Shown here in pieces: positions 38,750 through 49,925 of a DNA stretch of 64,000 nt. The notes beneath the pieces are model-generated. The model was not told where the DNA came from and searched no databases. It was given only the letters and a program-made list of their open reading frames with translations. The first letter of the stretch is position 1. Each line of letters opens with the position of its first letter. The position numbers were made by a program, and so were the translations under genes. The DNA is from Camelus ferus. Its lineage: Eukaryota. The stretch is taken from contig NC_045696.1 in the NCBI RefSeq assembly GCF_009834535.1, forward strand, positions 66,714,001 to 66,778,000. The letters run 5' to 3'.

Positions 38750-41700
38750 TTTAGAGAAAAATGCTAACTTTGAGGTCAAATTAACCTTCTAGAGTGGTTT
38801 ATTTCTAAGGAGATAGGAAGCTGGAATTAGAGTTCAGTCCTAGATCTGTTTTGTCTATGTGGACAAATCAGTAAGTAGATCTTGAGTTGACTTCCCAGTC
38901 TATAAAATAGAGCACTAAAAAAAAAATGCCCTTAGATCACAGGGGTACTGTGAGTTCCATTATTTGCAAAGCACTTTGCATTCTTTGGGTGAGAGGTGTT
39001 GGGCTTGTTATGAAGACACTGCACTTACATAATCCTAAACATGCTCACAAATTGGAAAGGTAGTTTTCAAGCCAAAGGCACATTTTTTTTTTTTTCCACA
39101 CTTAGCGATGAACTTATTTGCATATTTGTCTGAGGCTCTTATTTGCTCCTGTTCATTCACCCTGGTTTCGTCTTGACGCCATCGCTGTCATCACTCCTGC
39201 TTTCTCCCACCACACTTAACTTTGCTTTATGTAGAACAAGCAAATGGACAGGAAACTAAATAAGGACACAGGGCTTACACTGAGTGGAAGCTCTCATTAT
39301 TTCCCGACCCTAGGGGCAGGGAGGTGGGAACAAAGCAAAGGGACCAGGAATGGACGGGGAAGGGCTTTAGGGAATCTAATCCCATTTACTATTTTCCAGT
39401 AGAGAATAAGGGGAGGCCCTAGTGCACCTCTGCCCTTGCGCTCTCTATCTCATTAGAAGTGTGTAAATTTGGGCAGGCAAAAATGACAGCTATGAAAGAG
39501 TAACAGACAAAACGGTCAAAGCCAAGACAGTAACAGGAGGGACCCTTCCTTCAAGGCTCACTCCTTCCTGGATTGAGAGCAGAGCATGGCTTTTTATCTG
39601 CTAGACGACTTTAGAGAGGTAGGTAAGTAAGTAACTGCATCTCTAAATGTGAATATTAATCACCTACGTGGCAGAATTCTTATATAAATCAGTTGCTGTG
39701 ATGTTAATCGCCTTCTGGAGCTCTTGGCTTGATGCTCAATAAACAGTAACTAGCAATTTCATGTCCACCACCTAAATTTTAGAGTTGGTTATCACTTGCC
39801 AACTCCTGACACCATAACACCACATTCAGGACAGTAAGCGTAACTGACTATACTGCCAGAGGCAAAATTTTAAGTCAAACATTATGTTTTATTAGAAAAA
39901 GATAGAAGAAGCAAATATTATTTTTATTCTACCCTTCCTTGCCTGGTCATTATTGTAACATTGAGTTTTAGCTGGTAAACTGCCTCCCAGCTCCAGCCAT
40001 TTGTACCTGAGTTGTACCAGAGCTCCCGTCCCTGAGTTCTCTACTCGGGGAAGGTGGTCCTGAGCAGCCTCCTTGGATTCGAGGCTTTGGCTCTAACAGC
40101 TGTCCATCTGACAGTCACTGGGGTTGATTATAAGAATAGTATAGCCCTCTAAGCCCCATGCAGAGAACACAAAGCTAACGTTCATGTTTTCCATTAGCCA
40201 GTCACTTAGTAAAACCCAGAAATGAGAATGATCATACCGTCTGCAGGTTCGTTTCTCCTAAATGAGAACATGATTGCTTTCATGGTACACCAAGTTCCAA
40301 ACCAAAAATTACAATGCAAGCCCTACAGATTATAAATTAATTTTACTTACTACTTATCAGCCAAATGCCTGCATATTTAATTATAGTGCTCCCATGATAG
40401 AAGAACAAAATTAGGAAGGGGGAGAGGGCTCAAAAAATGCTGATTAGGAAAGGACTTGCACCATTATTGCAAAATGAGCACCATGACCAGAAAACAGAGT
40501 CCTAAATACACCACCTAGGAGCCTAAAGACCCGGGGTCCTCATTTCACCCATGAGCTTCCGTGTCCTCATGCTACACCGGAAGATGAGACTAACACACTG
40601 AACTTGGAGTGTTACTGTGAAGCTCACATCACAGAAGTGAAAAATCACCTGTACATTATAAATGCACAAGTAAAACTATGACTTAAAAAAATAACTTAAG
40701 AAATACCCTCAAAGAGAACTGCAGAACTTTCTGCCTACTGAAACTATCCTTGGCGATAGATTAAGATTAAAGCCAATCAACTGGGTAGAAAATTAATAAT
40801 AAAGATAACTAATCACGTCAAGTAAAAATATTTAATAGGAATAGAAAGACCTCAGGAGCCAAGGAACCTCAAGCAGAAGATTTAAATCACTATCTCACGT
40901 CAAAATTACAAGGACTTTTCTTGTTGTTGTCAGAGATAGAACAAGCCTCTTCTCACCTAAGTAGACTCGGAATCCCTATCGGTTTTCATTTCAGAGGAAG
41001 TTGTCAGCATTGGCACTGGAAAGAGAAAGCCACACGGGCAACACAGAAAGCCAGGCTGCCCCTCTGAGTTAGCACTATGTGCCTGTCTCACCCAGAAAAA
41101 CCTGGTACAGGAACTTGCGCTGTTTCCCCCACTTCTCTAGTACTGTAGTAGGACAGTCGCACACAGTGATTTATATCTTACAGAGTTACACATGATTGTT
41201 TTGTGTTTCAGTTGCTCCAAACCTTACAAGTGATGTTCACTCCACTTTTACACATCCATTCCTTTATTCCAACAATATTTACTAAATGTGCACATGCTCA
41301 CTTACTCCTTCAAAGCCCAGAAAATCTTAATTTTTCTCTTGGGATACATATAAATTCAGTTCTTTTATTATAATTACAGATCTTCAATTGTCTTCCCAAT
41401 TATTATATAGTCTTTTGGCTGGGAAGAAAATATAAATTCTAGAGGGAGAACTACCTTATCCATCTTTCACACAAGCGGCAGGCATAACAAAACAAGAACA
41501 ATCTTGCATGCTTTGTAAAGAGAGATGGCACTTACACAAAAACAGGCAAATGAAAAACACATTTGAGATTAATAAATACATCACCGAGATCTGTGATAGA
41601 AACCCACTATTAAGAAAGGAAAAATGTTAGTGATTTCAGCTCCTGTCACTAAACTGGAAGTTTTTCACTCCAATAAAATTAACATCGACATCCAATTTCC

Positions 41701-42101
41701 AGATGGTTTCAGAATTTTTTTTTTTAATTTGATGAAATGAACTTTATCTTTAACCCTTGCCATGAAAGGGGGAGTTACAACAAATCAAATGGATTTAAAA
41801 AAAATTGTTTTGTTTTTTCAAACCCACAAATTATCTATCCGTGGTATCAGGAACTATGACAGACTGAAAAAAGGGTAGCTCTTAACTATAATTTTCAAAG
41901 GTCCAGTCTTATTCACTGGCCAGATTCTCTTTGTCAGATCTAAAATCTGAATTCCAGATGTGCTGAAGTGTCTTTGTGTCAACAATACTTTAATACTCTC
42001 TCATTCTATTCTAATCCCAGCAAGTGGCCACTAGCCTTTCCTTCCGAAGTCCAAGGAGATGGAGGTTGACTGTGTAGCTAATATTTAATCAGTAGTAATA
42101 C

Positions 42102-42152
42102 ATCCCAGATTGTGTACAGAGAGATTATTATACATCAGGTGAGATGTGCCTG
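42102..42152 (-). other. Putative orthologous site of primate MIR944; single arm only, not a hairpin
   Basis: Similar to the 5' arm and 3' flank of hsa-mir-944 as recalled from memory; position in TP63 intron 4 is compatible. Confidence 0.7.
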
Positions 42153-43574
42153 TGTAATGAGTACAAATTTATCCCAGAAAAATAGTTTACCTTGGTTGAA
42201 AAAACTTAAGGCTACATTTTGGTTGGCTAATGAAAGGATTAAAGGGGCAAATATTTGAAGAAAACTATAGAGATCATTGACAGTGAGTTTAGTTAAGAAA
42301 GGCAATGAACTAATTTTCAAAGAAGTTATTCCAAACATTGTCTAGTGATAACTTTAAAACAATACATGCAACAATATCCTTCTTTAGCTCTTCCATTCCA
42401 TCCCTTAGTATCTGGGTCAAATAATTAGGTGAATGAGAAGGGGAAGAGGACTCTCTAAAAATTAATGGTCGGATTCTAACGTATTTGTATGGATCCAGTT
42501 TTCCGAATGAATGCTTAAAGCTCTTAATTATATTCTATTTAGTACCAATTAGAGCACTCACTGTAGTTTACTTCTCAGAAACAGCATGTACCAGGCACTA
42601 AAGCAGGAAGAATGATTTAACTGATTTCCCAATTCCTCTTTTGAGATGCTTGGTTCTCTCAGTAGGTAATTTTCAAAGTCTCTTTCTTGGTCCAGTTCCT
42701 ATAGCTAGGTTTAGGAACACAGTGTCTGTTAAGAAAATTTTCAGCCTTTCTTAAAATAAAAGTAGTTTTCTTTTCTTTTTTTTTTTTTTTGTAAACAGTA
42801 AACATCTGTTGTAACAAATCCATCACTAACATTCAGCAAAAAGGAATGGAGAGATTTTATAATTCAATTCACTGAACTCAACTGAGGGCCAACCCTTGGT
42901 CAAAACACAAGTACATTTTTCTAGTTACTGACATTGTAAATTAGCATTGTTGTTTTTTTCACAGCATGCTTGCTTCTATCTTTTTCATTAGACCCAAAGC
43001 AAAGTGAAAGATTCTTCTGTTTTCCATGAGCTAGTGTTAGAGATATTATTTTTACCCAATAAAAAGCCAAAAGTGCTCATTCTTATATTTAGGACAAGAA
43101 GTAGGAAGATAGATTAAAGATTTAGCTCAATACTTTTTTTTTTTTAAAGATAAGGAAATTGTAGTCCAAAGCAGCAAAAGGATCTGGCCAAAGCCATCAA
43201 GTCAGTCAGTGGCTCCCTGGCTAGAGCTCCTCCTTCTTCCATCAATAAAATTTCTTCCCAGATACTTCCAATGCAAGGCAATACCAGAGGGAACAGAAAA
43301 TGCTTCTTTCTCTGGTCAACTACAAACATGTGGGTCCTCTCACACACAAAGCAGTAGGCTAAACAGCCAAGATGAATCCTAAGAGAAGAAAGTGAAAGCA
43401 TAACACCAAAAAGTCCCCAAACACTTGAGGAATATATCCTTTGACTGGTTCATGCCTGCAGTCCTGATAAGAAGCAGTTCCAAAACAACGGTGCAGGAAA
43501 TGCTACAATGTTAGGAGTCAAAATGGCCCCAAATGTGAGTGGGTTTCTGTCTCAGAAATACACACTGCAAATCC

Positions 43575-44430
43575 ACTCCAAAGCACCAACTCACCTTCAT
43601 CTCCCCTTGCTTTACCTTTTACCTGAATTATTGCAACAGCCTCCCAATCAGCCTCCCTGCCTCCAGTCCTCCCACCTCCATCCTACTGCCAGTTATCTCC
43701 CTCTGGTAGAGTATGATGTCATCCCCCTACTCAAAGCCCTTCCATGTCTCCTCAATGCCTGTAAGACTGAAGCCAACCTCTTAAGGATGATTCAGAGGCC
43801 CTGTCCTTCCAGCTCTGTGAACTTCTCTCCAGCCTCATTTTCTGCTCCTCTCCCATTCCTCCAAACACTGCGTGGTCCAGGTGTGTCAGATTCTTTCCTA
43901 CTTCCAGACTTACACAACACTCTTTTATCTCCATGCCCTTTTTTACCTGGATCCTCTACCTGGAATGTCCTTTCTCTTTGTCCCCCTTGCAAGACCCTGC
44001 TCCGCTTTGGAGAGCCAACTTTAAATGTCAAGTCCTTGGTGAAGCTGAACAAATCAGCCTGTTTTCCGTGCTGTATCACACTTTGTTCAGCAAGGATTAT
44101 TATCTGACAAATATTTGTTGAGACCCATTACATGTGCCAACACTAAGCTACAGAGATGAAAAGACAAAGCTACTGCCTCTGAGTTCGCAGGGTAATGGTG
44201 AGACAGACACTGTGATTCTGAATACATGTACAAAGTGTAATGAACATAAGAGAAGGAACTCCTGAGTGTGGTCTTTGTGTGTGTGTGGTGGGTGTGTAGG
44301 GGGTGCAGGTGAAGACAGATGGCAAGGGAAGGCTTCACTTACAATTAAGGCTTTCAGTGAGTTTTAAAGGCTGAGTAGGAGTCTGCCTGGCAGACAAGGG
44401 AAGGTGGTGGGTAGGGGGACATTCCAGACA
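43575..44430. mobile_element. Two L2 remnants in opposite orientation (plus strand about 43575-44045, minus strand about 44105-44430)
   Basis: cctgaattattgcaacagcctccc, ctcaaagcccttcca, cctctacctggaatgtcctttc; then acaaatatttgttgagaccc...gtgcca, ggcttcac, ggggacattccagacag. Confidence 0.75.
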
Positions 44431-46499
44431 GATTATAGCACCTGTCACACTGAATTACAGCTCGGTTTATCAGTTTTCCCTGATAGACTGTGAGCTTTCT
44501 GAAGAAGGGCTAACTTACCTACGAACAGGATTACCCTCCAGCATCGAGCTCTAACAGTAACCAGCATGATTTATGAAGGGACTGCTCAGTGGCCTGCACT
44601 GGACTGTGGGCTCCCACACTCACTCTCAATAACCTGCCAGGGAGATTATTTACATCTGAAAGAGGGGGAAATTGAGTCTCAGAGGGGTCTGGTCTCTTGT
44701 TTACTCATAAACTGTGGAGTTATGTCTGTTTTGCTTCAAAGTGCCTCTTCCAGTGCTCAAGAAACTCACTTTGAAACTAACGGTATGGTTCAGTGAATTC
44801 TAACAACTGAGACTTAATGATATGATGTCTTCAACTTAGCTTCAACAAAGGCACCTGGGGACAAGTGCATATGCAAATGATACACAATATACAAAGCACC
44901 GAACGGAAAACCCTGATGACCATGATAAGCGTACACTTGGTCACCCCAGTTTGGTTGGGTAGTAATTCTGAAGCCTCTGAGAAGGTAAAGTTTTAAATAT
45001 TTCAAGAAAAAAAAATATAACACCATCGTTTTCCTGCAATTACCGAGCTTTCCACATAGCCTGGTATTTTCAGAAATTTATTAATAAAGAGTCCTCTTTA
45101 TCTTTTTATTGGGGTATTTCACTCAGATCCTTACCTCTGTATAGTTCCTTCATACTGTATTTAATCAATATTTCTCTCGAATAAAAATTGTACATGTCTT
45201 GATATGCCAAGAAAAGTTAAAATCAGAAAAACAACAACTAGTTAAAATGAAAAATGCGTGTAATCTCACTTCCTAGAGAGACCCACTGTTAACACTTTGT
45301 GGTCCAGAAAAATCACTTTTTAAAGTATATATGAACAAAAGGAAAATTAAGGTTCTGAATATGAAATAATGCCTCTTACAAGAAACTGATCGAATATAAT
45401 CAACCCCGATTCACTTTAAGTGACAAAATGCTTCGGAATTTGCTAAGCCAGAGAACAACATGTATCCTTGTGGCAAATAATACCTATAGATGCCTCAGAA
45501 AGTGTGAAAAGATTTGGCTTTATGGGGAAGAAAATTTTCATTACACTCTCTGCCCTTTTAGAAGCTCAAAGGATTCATTTCACTAAAAAGAATCACTAAA
45601 CTTTAAGTTCTGGAAGTTTCTTTACTATTTTTCTCACCATTCCCTACCCTTTTCTTGCTTTCTTTGCCCTTTTCACCACTGTAGCTCATGTCTTTGCCAG
45701 AATGAAAAAGGAAGCAAGAAGGGGGAAGAGGAGGGAAAACAGGAGAGGGTGCAGAAGTAGTGGCAGAGGGACAGTCTTGTGGACTCTGAAGACTCAGTTA
45801 TAAACTATAGCTCATACCCCCAACCTCCTTCCCAAACGATGTGTCAGGATGTAGATCACTGTCATAAGACCTATTAAAGCAAGAAAATAAGTAGGCTTCT
45901 CACTAACCCATGGAATATTTTTTATTATGTTTATTTTATATATATATATGCATGCATACATGTCATACACATAATATATACGATATATATGTATATGGTA
46001 TATATGTATATCATATACTTATGATATATATGAGAAAGACAAAGAACAGAGAGCAAGAGAGACAACTAAAAATCCTGTTGTTTAATCAATATTGACAGCA
46101 TTTAAGCTTATTCCCCCCTCACTTATTTCTTCCTCCTTTCTGTTATTTTCTTTTTGATCAAATTTTGAGCAATACCTCTGAGTGTTTGGCAGAACAAATC
46201 CAGGTGCGTCTCATTATTCTTTGCGTAAAATCTTTATCATGAACATCAAAAAATTTGGAAAACATAATTTCTTTGTGCCTATTGGATTACGAGGTAGATT
46301 TATGAATTATTCCTGACATTCCTAATATGTTTACATCGACTTCATATTGACAACAATTTTTATAACACTTATAGCTCAATGTTGGGACTGCCCACACACC
46401 ATGCGGATAAATCCACCAGGCTATTAACATTTATTTCTGTTATAGGAAGGAATAACGTTTTAAGAGGAATCCTCTAAAAGTTTATAAATCTTTTTTTAA

Positions 46500-46950
46500 A
46501 AAAATTGGACATGTTTGAACAGGCAATAAAACACAAACAAGTCTTGGCCCTATCTCATGCAGAATGGGTTGGTTACAGATGCTTTCCTGCAAGCTACATC
46601 TTGCCTGTTACAAGAACATTCATCTCCCAAGCACATCATTTCACCTACTTTGCCTGAAGCAAAACAAAGCACACACAAAAAGCATGGGATCTGTAAAAAT
46701 AGCACTGCTAACTCTTAAAGAAACGTGCACACTTATTCCATACCCTTACAGAGGAGAGCAACCAGACATCTGATTTCCAAAATACCACTTTCTGGCGATG
46801 GCTCAGTTTGCCTTTCCCCCTTGCAAGCCAAAGATGGGAGGGGAGTCTGACCTGTGTCTTCATTTTTCTTACCTGCAGAACTGAGGCTGGGCCAGCACTG
46901 ACTCACAAAGCTGGAGACATTAGCTCATGGCCATGATTCAGTCATGGGAA
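46500..46950. promoter_or_regulatory. Candidate enhancer with clustered p63/p53-family response elements and an AP-1 site
   Basis: GGACATGTTT-GAACAGGCAA (46507-26), AAACAAGTCT (46535-44), CTGCAAGCTA-CATCTTGCCT (46587-46606), TGACTCA (46899-46905). Motif-level evidence only. Confidence 0.45.
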
Positions 46951-47499
46951 TCTGAGAGGCAAGGGCCCCTCCTGTCCCTGGTGCTTCCAGGGGGAAGTCA
47001 GTCCCTGGAAGGGATGGCTTAGGACCTCGGCACTGATGTGACCATGTCTGTTGTCCAGCATGGGGAGAAAGGTGCAGTGCTGTCTGTGTGATAGCAGCCA
47101 CCCTACTGAGAAAATGACCGTCTGCAGAGGGAAGCCTGTGTACACAGTCAGTGAGAAGAACCTTACAGAAAGGTCCTTATCTCCCGCCACCAGCCCTTTC
47201 CATCAGTCCAGGAGAGAAGTGTGGGTTCTGGTCTCTAGATGACTTGGGTTTCTCCCCAGGGAGAGCAGAGAGGCAGAAGGCTCAAGTGTTCAGGAACTAA
47301 TAGGTCTTCAGCTTTTATTAGGAACTTTTGAAATAAGCTGGATAAGAATCGCCTCATTCAACCAACACCTTCAGCTTCGAGCTCAGATGAAAAAAAAAAA
47401 AAAATGCCAGTGTTCACCCTGCGAGACAGGAGCCGTTCCTGCTGCCCCCACCTCCAGGCAGGGGCGGCAGTTTGCTGGAGGACGGACTTCCGAGTTTAC

Positions 47500-47670
47500 A
47501 GACCTCTTTCACCTCATTATCTCATCTGATCCTCACAACAACCCTGGAGAGTAGGTGTCATTATCCTGGTTTGACTGATAAGATAACTGAGGCACCAGAG
47601 GGGTTAAGCGATCGGCAAAGGTCTCAGCTAGAAAATGGCGGCCTGCACTGACCACTTAGGGACAGCTCTC
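47500..47670 (-). mobile_element. MIR SINE
   Basis: ctcatctgatcctcacaacaaccctggagagtaggtgtcattatcc...aactgaggcaccagaggggttaag. Confidence 0.8.
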
Positions 47671-49369
47671 CTGGAGTAAGACAGTTCATCGTTCCAGCTC
47701 CCTCCCTGGCTCTCCATTCCGCCTCCCTGCTTTCCCACGTAGCCTCTGGAAGTAGTGACTGTCAGCAGCTGCCTCTGCCCTCTCTCATTTCTGCCCTTCC
47801 CACAGCCAGCGCACCGCATCGCAGAGCGAGCGCTCAGCCCCGCCATCCTGTGTCTGCCCTCCTGTGGCATTTTCCAAACTGCTTCCCTTCCTCCAGGTCC
47901 CCTCCAACCAACCTCCGTATATTACCAGTTGAATGGGTTTTATCTACAGTCCTGAGCATGATAATTCCTGTGCTCAGGAAGTATTCAGTGTCAGCACACT
48001 GCCGGTGGGATACAGCCCAAATGCCCTAACCGACGTAGGCCGGCCCCATGCCACCTTCTGCTCTTTCCTACCCACGGCCATCGCTTCAGGCGCAATGGCA
48101 GAGTCCCTGTCTCCAGGAGCCCAGAGCAGACTGGACTCTGTGTTCGTTTGTCCCTCAGCGGCTCCCACTGCCTGTCTGGGAAGCCTACTCTCTTCCCCAC
48201 TTAACCAGCCACCTGGCCAGCTGCTGTCCGCCTTTCTCTTTCCAGCCACATTAAGTCTTCTCTTCTGGATGCAAAGGAGTTTTAATTCAAAGAGCACTTC
48301 AGAGGCCACTTGGCTCATTCCGTCATCCAAAACCTGAGGCAAGGGTCTCCTTTCTGTTCTGACGCCCTCCAGGGGCTGCGCGCTGGCCACCACTGGAGGC
48401 AAGCGCATTCCAGCCCCACGGGACCCTGACCATTCCTCCTCCTGAGCTGGAATCTGCCATCCTGTGACTTCCCGTCTTCGGTGGTAATTGTGCCCTCTGG
48501 GGCCATCCGAACGAGGTAGGATGTGGCTGGTTTCAGAAAGTCTAGCAATAAAAAGGGGAGCTCTGTGTGACTGATTAAAAATACCACCCTTTGAAAAAAC
48601 GAACCAAACAACAGGTGAGGATACTTGGATGCACGCAATACATAGAACAGACACAAGACGTACGTATGTACATATATATGCACACACACATACACACATT
48701 TGATTGTAAGAGTCCTTCAGAATAGACATGATAGAAAACTGGAAAAACAATGTAAAGTGGGTAACAATTCTACAAATGATTGACAGAAAATGTAGATAGA
48801 AAAAAAAAAGAATATCACCCTTTCAGAGCATGGGTCCTCGTTCTTTATGGGTTGAAGTGGTAAAAATAAATAACCGCCTGGTGCTTTTGCCCAGAGCCAA
48901 TCACTTTATCTTAAAATTGTGCCCCTTAAATAGTTGTTTATGGTACTTTTACCTCAGAAATATTCATGGCAGTGTGCCCGAGTGTAACTCAAAGCCACCC
49001 GATAAATGTTACTCATCTTCCTGGAATTTTCACTCTAAACATTTAATGAGGAAAAGAAATATTTCTAGTGAAATGTATATTTATATTAAAATGAAAAGTT
49101 GAAATGTGTTTTACAGAAATTATATTTTTTCTACAGAACCCTTCAGATTTTACCCTCAGGATGTCCAAAGCAGGCATTCATTTTCCCCGGCTCCTAACTG
49201 GGGTAAAAGTTTTAAAGTACTGTTCCAATGTATCAATCGTGAAAGGCACCTGAAGCCAGAGTTACTCCACAGACCGGATTCCCTACTGCAGTGCCTGGCA
49301 GACCTGTGAGAAGGGCAGGTTTAGTCTAAATTCTAATCCTAAACTTACGATCCATCCTAATAAAAATCA

Positions 49370-49575
49370 CCATCTACCTGGCACTGTTAGGCAGTCTATA
49401 TTTATTATATCTAACCCTGCCAATAACCCTGCTACTAGAGACGCATAATCCCCATAGCAGGGCCGAAGAAGTGCCCTGGGGATAGTCTTGCCCACGGCCA
49501 CGCTAGATACAGGTGGAATTCAACCCCAGGTCTATCTGACCGCCAAGCCTGAATTCTTTCAACTCCCTGCTCCAC
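49370..49575 (-). mobile_element. MIR SINE remnant
   Basis: ggcactgttagg...aataaccctg...cttgcccacggccacgctag...ggaattcaaccccaggtctatctgac. Confidence 0.65.
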
Positions 49576-49877
49576 GTCCTTAGGCACTTCTGCTCATTCT
49601 TTAGTACAAGAGCCACAGTCCCTGCTCTCAGGAAAAGGCAAGGCTGTGCTGGATGGCCAAGCACTGAGATGGGTCACAGTCTGTAACCTTCAGTCTCACA
49701 AGGTAACTAAAACAGATACACTGCTAAGTACCTCTCATGCTGTACAGGATTATACATTTTATATCACATCTCAATGTAATTTAGCAGTTGAAAGAATACT
49801 GTCATTTTCAACCAGGAATTTATGTAAAAAAGATCGTTTCCTATTCTGGTGAAATGTTTCAAAGTATTATTTTTACT

Positions 49878-49892
49878 ATATTATTATTATTA

Positions 49893-49923
<31 letters not shown>

Positions 49924-49925
49924 TT
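49878..49925 (+). repeat. (TAT)n microsatellite
   Basis: Directly visible. Confidence 0.95.

Noticed and set aside
42102..42152. Annotating a functional MIR944 gene
   Set aside because: Only one arm is present, so no precursor hairpin can form, and the mature-like sequence is on the antisense strand.
43508..44107. 199-aa ORF on the plus strand
   Set aside because: Leu/Pro/Ser-rich translation of a pyrimidine-rich L2 remnant.
46873..47121. Possible 249-nt poison cassette exon (ctctgcag| ... CAG|gtaaga) with an in-frame stop at 46944-46942
   Set aside because: Equally good donors occur elsewhere (about 563, 8716, 14594). Pseudo-exons are common in long introns and no transcript evidence is available.
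47974..48750. 258-aa ORF on the minus strand
   Set aside because: Runs through a (TG)/(TA) simple repeat and GC-rich intron with several overlapping ORFs; no recognisable domain; probably a chance ORF.
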